The translations under genes and the position numbers were made by a program. Shown here piece by piece: positions 6,282 to 10,462 of a stretch of DNA of 10,462 nt. Position 1 is the stretch's first letter. Each line of letters starts with the position of its first letter. Where the stretch lies: assembly GCA_038213805.1 (NCBI GenBank), contig JBBQSO010000130.1:1-10462 (forward strand), in the 5' to 3' direction. The stretch is from Planctomycetota bacterium. Its GTDB lineage: Bacteria; Planctomycetota; UBA11346. A model generated the notes under the pieces. That model did not search any database. It saw only the letters and a list, made by a program, of their open reading frames with translations, and had not been told where the DNA came from.

Positions 6282-8027
6282 TTACTGCAGGCGCGCGATC
6301 ATCCGCTCCAGCCGCTCGCGCTGTGCCGGGTCGGCGCGCTCGCGCAGGGATGCGGCAGCGCGGCGGGCGCCGGCGCGGTCGCCGAGGCGCTCGAGGACCT
6401 GGGCGAGCAGGAAGCGGCAGCGCAGCTGGTCGGCGTCGTCACCGGCCCAGGCCGGGCCCTGCAGCAGGTCGCGGACCTCGGCGAGGCGGTCGTCCTGCTC
6501 GCTCCAGGCGCGCGCGGCGCGCCAGGCGGCGGGGGCCTGCCAGGGATGGACGATGGGCAGGGCGGCGGCGGCGCGCGCCCAGGCCGTGGCAGCGTCGCCG
6601 CCCGCACTCTCGCGTCGGCGCGCCTCGTCGCTCCAGGCCAGACCAATTTCCTCGCCGGTGCCGGGGCAGGCGAGCAGCTGCGTGCGTAGGGCGGCGGCCT
6701 GGTCCGGGGCGGCGGCGCGCGCCGCCTGCTCCGCCCAGTAGAGCAGCGTGGGGCGCACTGCCGGCGGGGTGGCCGCGCCGAGATGCGGCTGCAGCAACAC
6801 CCATGCCGGCGCGGCGTGGCCGGCGAGGACGAGCGCGCGGCCCAGGGCCAGGGCGCCGGGCAGCTGACGCGCGGAACGCAGCGTGGCGAGCGGTTCCAGC
6901 GCAGTGCCCGGCAGCTGTACGAACAGGGCGAGCGCATCCGCGTCTTCGGCGATGAGGGGCGCGAGCAGGCCGCGCGCCGCCTCGCCGTGGCCCAGCTCGG
7001 CCTCGGCTGCGGCGCGCTCGCGGCGCTGCGCAGCGGTCAGGGTGCGGGCCCCGCCGTCGAGGCGGGCGCGCGCGGCGGCCACTGCCGGATCGGCGGCGAG
7101 CGCCGGCGTCAGGGCGGCGAGGGCGGCGCGCCCGTCGTCGGGATCGAGCGCGGCAAGGGCGAGGGCGCGGTAGAGCGGCAGCTGGCCTGGCTCGGCACCG
7201 GCGCGCGCGGTTTCCTGCTCTGCAACCACCAGGCATTCGCCGGGCCGGCGCGGCAGCAGCACGCGGCACAGCAGCTCGACCGCGTCGAGGCGCAGCGCCG
7301 CGGGCAGGTCCGCGCTGACGCGCAGGTCGGCAAGGATGGCGCGCGCGCGTTCCGGCTGCGCCACCGCGACCTGGCGGGCGAGCAGCACGCCGGCGTGCGC
7401 GTGGTAGGCGCTGCGCGGCCATTCGCCCCATAATGCGCCGGCGTAGCGCTCGACCAGGGCGCCGTCGCCGGCGCGGCGCGCGAGCTCGGCGAGCAGGTCG
7501 AGGCAGCGGTCGACGGCCACGCCATCGCCGGGCTGGCGCAGCGCATTCTCGAGCGCTTGGCGGGCCGCGGACTCGTCGCCGGGGTGTTGGACGGCGCGCG
7601 CGAGCAGCGCCTCACCGCGCACCTGGGCCACGGCGCCGCGCAGCGCCGGAGGCCAGGCTTCGGCGCCCGGCGGCGCACCTGCGACTGCGGCGTCGAGCGC
7701 GGCGAGGGCCTCGTCGCCGCGACCGAGCGCGAGCTGCGCGCGCGACACCACCAGCCGCACTAGACCGGGCCGGGCCACGCCAGGGTGTCCGGTAAGCAGG
7801 TTGAGCGCCTGCACCGGCTGGCCGGCGGCGAGCGCGCTCTGCGCGGCGGCAAGGACGCCGTCCTCGGCCTGGGCGGCGTGGGCGGTAGCAACCAGGGCGA
7901 GGAGGAGCAGCACGCCACACAGCGCAGTGGCGGGCATCAGCCACTGACGGCGGATCGCCGGCCCGCGTCCGCGTGAGCGGGCCAGTGGCCCGCAGTCCCA
8001 GGGGGAGGCAACGGCGCGCGTGCGCAT
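6282..8027 (-). CDS. Hypothetical exported TPR-like alpha-solenoid protein (alternative start ATG 7937)
   Basis: 581-codon ORF co-oriented with its neighbours, starting 9 bp after the sigma-like stop. The hydrophobic signal LCGVLLLLALVATAHA ends in an AxA cleavage site. TPR-like helical pairs include RAQLALGRGDEALAAL, AEAELGHGEAARGLL and FLLAQVLERLGDRAGAR. No catalytic motif recognised. Confidence 0.75.
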   Translation of the reverse strand: MRTRAVASPWDCGPLARSRGRGPAIRRQWLMPATALCGVLLLLALVATAHAAQAEDGVLAAAQSALAAGQPVQALNLLTGHPGVARPGLVRLVVSRAQLALGRGDEALAALDAAVAGAPPGAEAWPPALRGAVAQVRGEALLARAVQHPGDESAARQALENALRQPGDGVAVDRCLDLLAELARRAGDGALVERYAGALWGEWPRSAYHAHAGVLLARQVAVAQPERARAILADLRVSADLPAALRLDAVELLCRVLLPRRPGECLVVAEQETARAGAEPGQLPLYRALALAALDPDDGRAALAALTPALAADPAVAAARARLDGGARTLTAAQRRERAAAEAELGHGEAARGLLAPLIAEDADALALFVQLPGTALEPLATLRSARQLPGALALGRALVLAGHAAPAWVLLQPHLGAATPPAVRPTLLYWAEQAARAAAPDQAAALRTQLLACPGTGEEIGLAWSDEARRRESAGGDAATAWARAAAALPIVHPWQAPAAWRAARAWSEQDDRLAEVRDLLQGPAWAGDDADQLRCRFLLAQVLERLGDRAGARRAAASLRERADPAQRERLERMIARLQ

Positions 8028-8036
8028 GCGTCCGAC

Positions 8037-8576
8037 CTACGCCGCCGGCTCATCGTCCGGGCCGAGCGCCTGGTCGAGCGCGGCGAACGCCTCGACCAGG
8101 ACCTGCTCGACACCGGCGGGCGTGAGCTTGAGCGCCTCGCTGAGCGCGACGATATCCATGTCGCCGCGGAAGCGCTGCTCGAGAGCCATGCGCTGCGCGT
8201 CGGGCAGGCCGCCGAGGGCCTGCTCGAGGCGCTCCATGCGCTTGAGCAGGGCGGGGTCGCCGCCGCAGCGGTCGGCGGGAAAGGGCTCGGTCTGCGGCTC
8301 GTCGGGATGGCGGCGCGACCATTGCATGGTGAGATTGCCGCCGACCTTGCGGAACCAGGCCGGGAAGTCCTTGGCGTTGGGCAGCTCGTGGAGGTGCTTC
8401 CAGCCGCCGACGATGACCTCGGCGACCAGGCGGTCGACCACCGCTGGACGGCGCAGGCGGCAGCCCAGGTAGGCGGCGAGGCGCGGCGCGTGGCGGCGGC
8501 AGAGCTGCTCCCAGGCCTGCTTGTCGCCCGCCTGGGCGGCGACCACCAGGATCTCGTCGCGCGGTTCGTCGCTCAT
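8037..8576 (-). CDS. ECF-type sigma-70 family protein (atypical)
   Basis: DEILVVAAQAGDKQAWEQLCRRHAPRL (ECF N-terminus/region 2.1), FPAWFRKVGGNLTMQWSR (regions 2.3-2.4), LEQALGGLPDAQRMALEQRF (region 4.1). At 179 aa it has the typical sigma2+sigma4 size. Confidence 0.8.
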   Translation of the reverse strand: MSDEPRDEILVVAAQAGDKQAWEQLCRRHAPRLAAYLGCRLRRPAVVDRLVAEVIVGGWKHLHELPNAKDFPAWFRKVGGNLTMQWSRRHPDEPQTEPFPADRCGGDPALLKRMERLEQALGGLPDAQRMALEQRFRGDMDIVALSEALKLTPAGVEQVLVEAFAALDQALGPDDEPAA

Positions 8577-8639
8577 GGGCGGCTGGGGCTCCGGTCCGGC
8601 GTCGCCGGTCCGCCGTCATGGTGCCCCCGCCGCGGTCGT

Positions 8640-9065
8640 CTACAAGCCGTCGTCGGCGGCGGTGGCCGCGATGTGCGCGGCGCTGTGCACGGTGCCGTGA
8701 TCCATGCCCGGGCAGCCGCGTTTTTCGGCGTGCCAATCCTCGGGGGACTCGACGATGCGCTCCCAGAAGGGCCAGGTGCGGCACTGCTTCGGCCGGTCGG
8801 TGTAGACCGAGCAGCCGTGCTCGCGGGTGAAGAACACGCAGTCCAGGCGCTTGTTCTCGAGCAGACTGACGCGCTGCTCGCCACCCCGCCACACCGTCTT
8901 CGTGTAGCGGTTGCGGAAGGTCGCGTCATCGACGCCGAGGCGCGCGGCGAGGCGCGCGATCTCATCTTCGCTCACCCAGGTGAAGCCCGGGCCGCCGGTG
9001 CAGCAGTTGCCGCATTGGGTGCAGGTGAACTTCAGGCCATCCTTGTACCACGGCTCGCCGGTCAT
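8640..9065 (-). CDS. YkgJ-family (CxxCxxCC) zinc/iron-chelating cysteine-cluster protein
   Basis: FTCTQCGNCC, CVFF, CSVYTDRPKQCRTWPFW and C-terminal CPG motifs. Confidence 0.92.
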   Translation of the reverse strand: MTGEPWYKDGLKFTCTQCGNCCTGGPGFTWVSEDEIARLAARLGVDDATFRNRYTKTVWRGGEQRVSLLENKRLDCVFFTREHGCSVYTDRPKQCRTWPFWERIVESPEDWHAEKRGCPGMDHGTVHSAAHIAATAADDGL

Positions 9066-9084
9066 GCGGGGACCTGCGGATGGG

Positions 9085-9126
9085 CAGGTGCGGAGTGCGG
9101 AGTGTGGAGTGTGGAGTGCGAGGTGG
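9085..9126. repeat. Heptamer tandem repeat GGAGTGY x4 with degenerate flanking units
   Basis: CAGGTGC GGAGTGC GGAGTGT GGAGTGT GGAGTGC GAGGTGG, read directly. Confidence 0.92.
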
Positions 9127-9199
9127 CCGACGTCATGCGCGGTTCCCCGGCTTGGGCTGCATCATCGCGGTGGGCACCACGGTAGACCGCGTCCGACGC

Positions 9200-9220
9200 G
9201 CACTCCGCACTTCGCACCAT
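9200..9220. repeat. Inverted copy of the GGAGTGC heptamer array (GCACTCC GCACTTC GCACCAT)
   Basis: Abuts the galK stop codon. 9201-9218 is the reverse complement of 9087-9104 at 17 of 18 positions. Confidence 0.8.
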
Positions 9221-10389
9221 CATTGCAGATCCAGCTTGCCCGCGCCTGGAGCCGCGCCGGTGACGTAGACCGCGACCGGCAGGTCGTGGAGTTTGCGGTA
9301 GGCCCTGGTCAGCGCCGGGACGAAGCGTTTGACGTGCTGGTCGAGAACCAGTGAGACCGTGCAGCCGCCGAAGCCGGCGCCGGTCATGCGGCTGCCGAGG
9401 CAGCCCTTCAGGCCGCGCGCGATCGCGACCATGTCGTCGAGTTCGCGGCAGCTGACCTCGAACTTGTCGCGCAGGTCGGCGTGGCTCTGATCCATGAGCT
9501 GGCCGAAGGCTACCGCCTCGCCGGCCTGGAGCACGGCGAAGGCCGCCTGGGTGCGGCCGTTCTCGGCGACCACGTGTTCGCAGCGGCGCACCGACTCGGC
9601 ATCGAGCCGTCCCGCTTGCGCAGCCTGCCACAGGCCCGGCAGGGTGACGTCGCGCAGGTGCGAGACGCCCAGCGCCTTGGCGCCGGCCTCGCACTGCGCG
9701 CGCCGCTGGTTGTATGCGCTGTCGACCAGACCGCGGCGTTTGCCGGTATCCGCGATGACCACTGACACCCCGGCCGGCAGCTTCACCGGGGTCAGCGCCA
9801 GGCTGCGGCAGTCCATGAGCATGGCCTTGCCGGCGATGCCGCAGGCGCTGGAGAGCTGGTCGAGGATGCCACAGTTGCTGCCCACGTAGCGGTTCTCGGC
9901 GCGCTGCGCCCGGGTCGCGATGTCGGCGCTGGCCAGCTTCACGCCGCTCGCGGCCAGCAGCGCGTGCATGGTCGCGACCTCGAGCGCGGCCGAGCTCGAC
10001 AGGCCCGAGCCCAGCGGCACGTCGCCGGTCATGGCGAGGTCGACGCCGACCAGCGGAACGCCAGCCTCGACCAGGGTCTGCGCGCAGCCCCTGACGTAGT
10101 CGGACCAGCGCTGTGCCGGGGCGGTGGCCTTGGGGATGCGCTTGCCCAGCTCGAAGCCGATGAGCTGTCCGGGCTGCTCGAGCGAGAGCACGTGCACGGT
10201 GCGATCGCGGCGCGGGCGCAGCACCACGCGCACGTCGCGCGCGATCGCCATCGGCAGGCAGAAGCCGTCGTTGTAGTCGGTGTGCTCACCGATCAGGTTG
10301 ACGCGGCCCGGTGCGCGCACGCCCTTGCTGGGCTTGGTGCCGTAGGCCTTGACAAAGGCGGTGATCAGGGTGGTGGTGCGCTTGTCCAT
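9220..10389 (-). CDS. galK: Galactokinase
   Basis: Galactokinase signature APGRVNLIGEHTDYNDGFCLPMAI, GHMP ATP-binding motif PLGSGLSSSAA, CGILDQ, and GSRMTGAGFGGCTV; 389 aa. Confidence 0.97.
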   Translation of the reverse strand: MDKRTTTLITAFVKAYGTKPSKGVRAPGRVNLIGEHTDYNDGFCLPMAIARDVRVVLRPRRDRTVHVLSLEQPGQLIGFELGKRIPKATAPAQRWSDYVRGCAQTLVEAGVPLVGVDLAMTGDVPLGSGLSSSAALEVATMHALLAASGVKLASADIATRAQRAENRYVGSNCGILDQLSSACGIAGKAMLMDCRSLALTPVKLPAGVSVVIADTGKRRGLVDSAYNQRRAQCEAGAKALGVSHLRDVTLPGLWQAAQAGRLDAESVRRCEHVVAENGRTQAAFAVLQAGEAVAFGQLMDQSHADLRDKFEVSCRELDDMVAIARGLKGCLGSRMTGAGFGGCTVSLVLDQHVKRFVPALTRAYRKLHDLPVAVYVTGAAPGAGKLDLQ

Positions 10390-10422
10390 CGTGGTCGTTT
10401 CAGGAGGCTAAGGATGGGAAGA

Positions 10423-10450
10423 TCAGTGCGGAGTGCGGAGTGCGGAGTGA
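10423..10450. repeat. Heptamer tandem repeat TCAGTGC (GGAGTGC)x2 GGAGTGA upstream of galK
   Basis: Same unit and orientation as the array at 9092-9119. Confidence 0.88.
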
Positions 10451-10462
10451 CCGTATGAAGAC

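Noticed and set aside
8050..9694. Overlapping ORFs 8050-8892(-), 8307-9185(+) and 9062-9694(-)
   Set aside because: Off-frame or antisense to the well-supported sigma-like, ykgJ and galK genes, with no motifs.
1618..10400. General absence of Shine-Dalgarno sequences as a lineage trait
   Set aside because: Several starts lack an SD, but the pilP-like gene has a perfect GGAGGT; there are too few genes to conclude.

Overview
High-GC bacterial chromosomal segment in which all credible genes lie on the minus strand. In transcription order: galK (galactokinase), a YkgJ-type CxxCxxCC cysteine-cluster protein, an atypical ECF sigma-70-like protein, a long exported Ala/Leu/Arg-rich TPR-like protein, a 519-bp intergenic region with a sigma70-type promoter, a type IV pilus-type alignment/secretin operon (pilN, pilO, pilP-like, pilQ; no pilM), an intrinsic terminator, and an Rne/Rng ribonuclease that runs off the left edge and is absent from the supplied ORF track. 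I saw no rRNA, tRNA, CRISPR or transposase. The most unusual signals are: (i) intergenic 7-bp tandem arrays, twice arranged as inverted pairs about 75 bp apart that start right at an upstream gene's stop codon; (ii) an ECF-like protein whose core-binding motif and -35-recognition helix look degenerate (possible sigma mimic), followed by a lysine-free TPR-like protein; (iii) a non-canonical pilus secretin module. All family calls are by eye from motifs; no searches were run.
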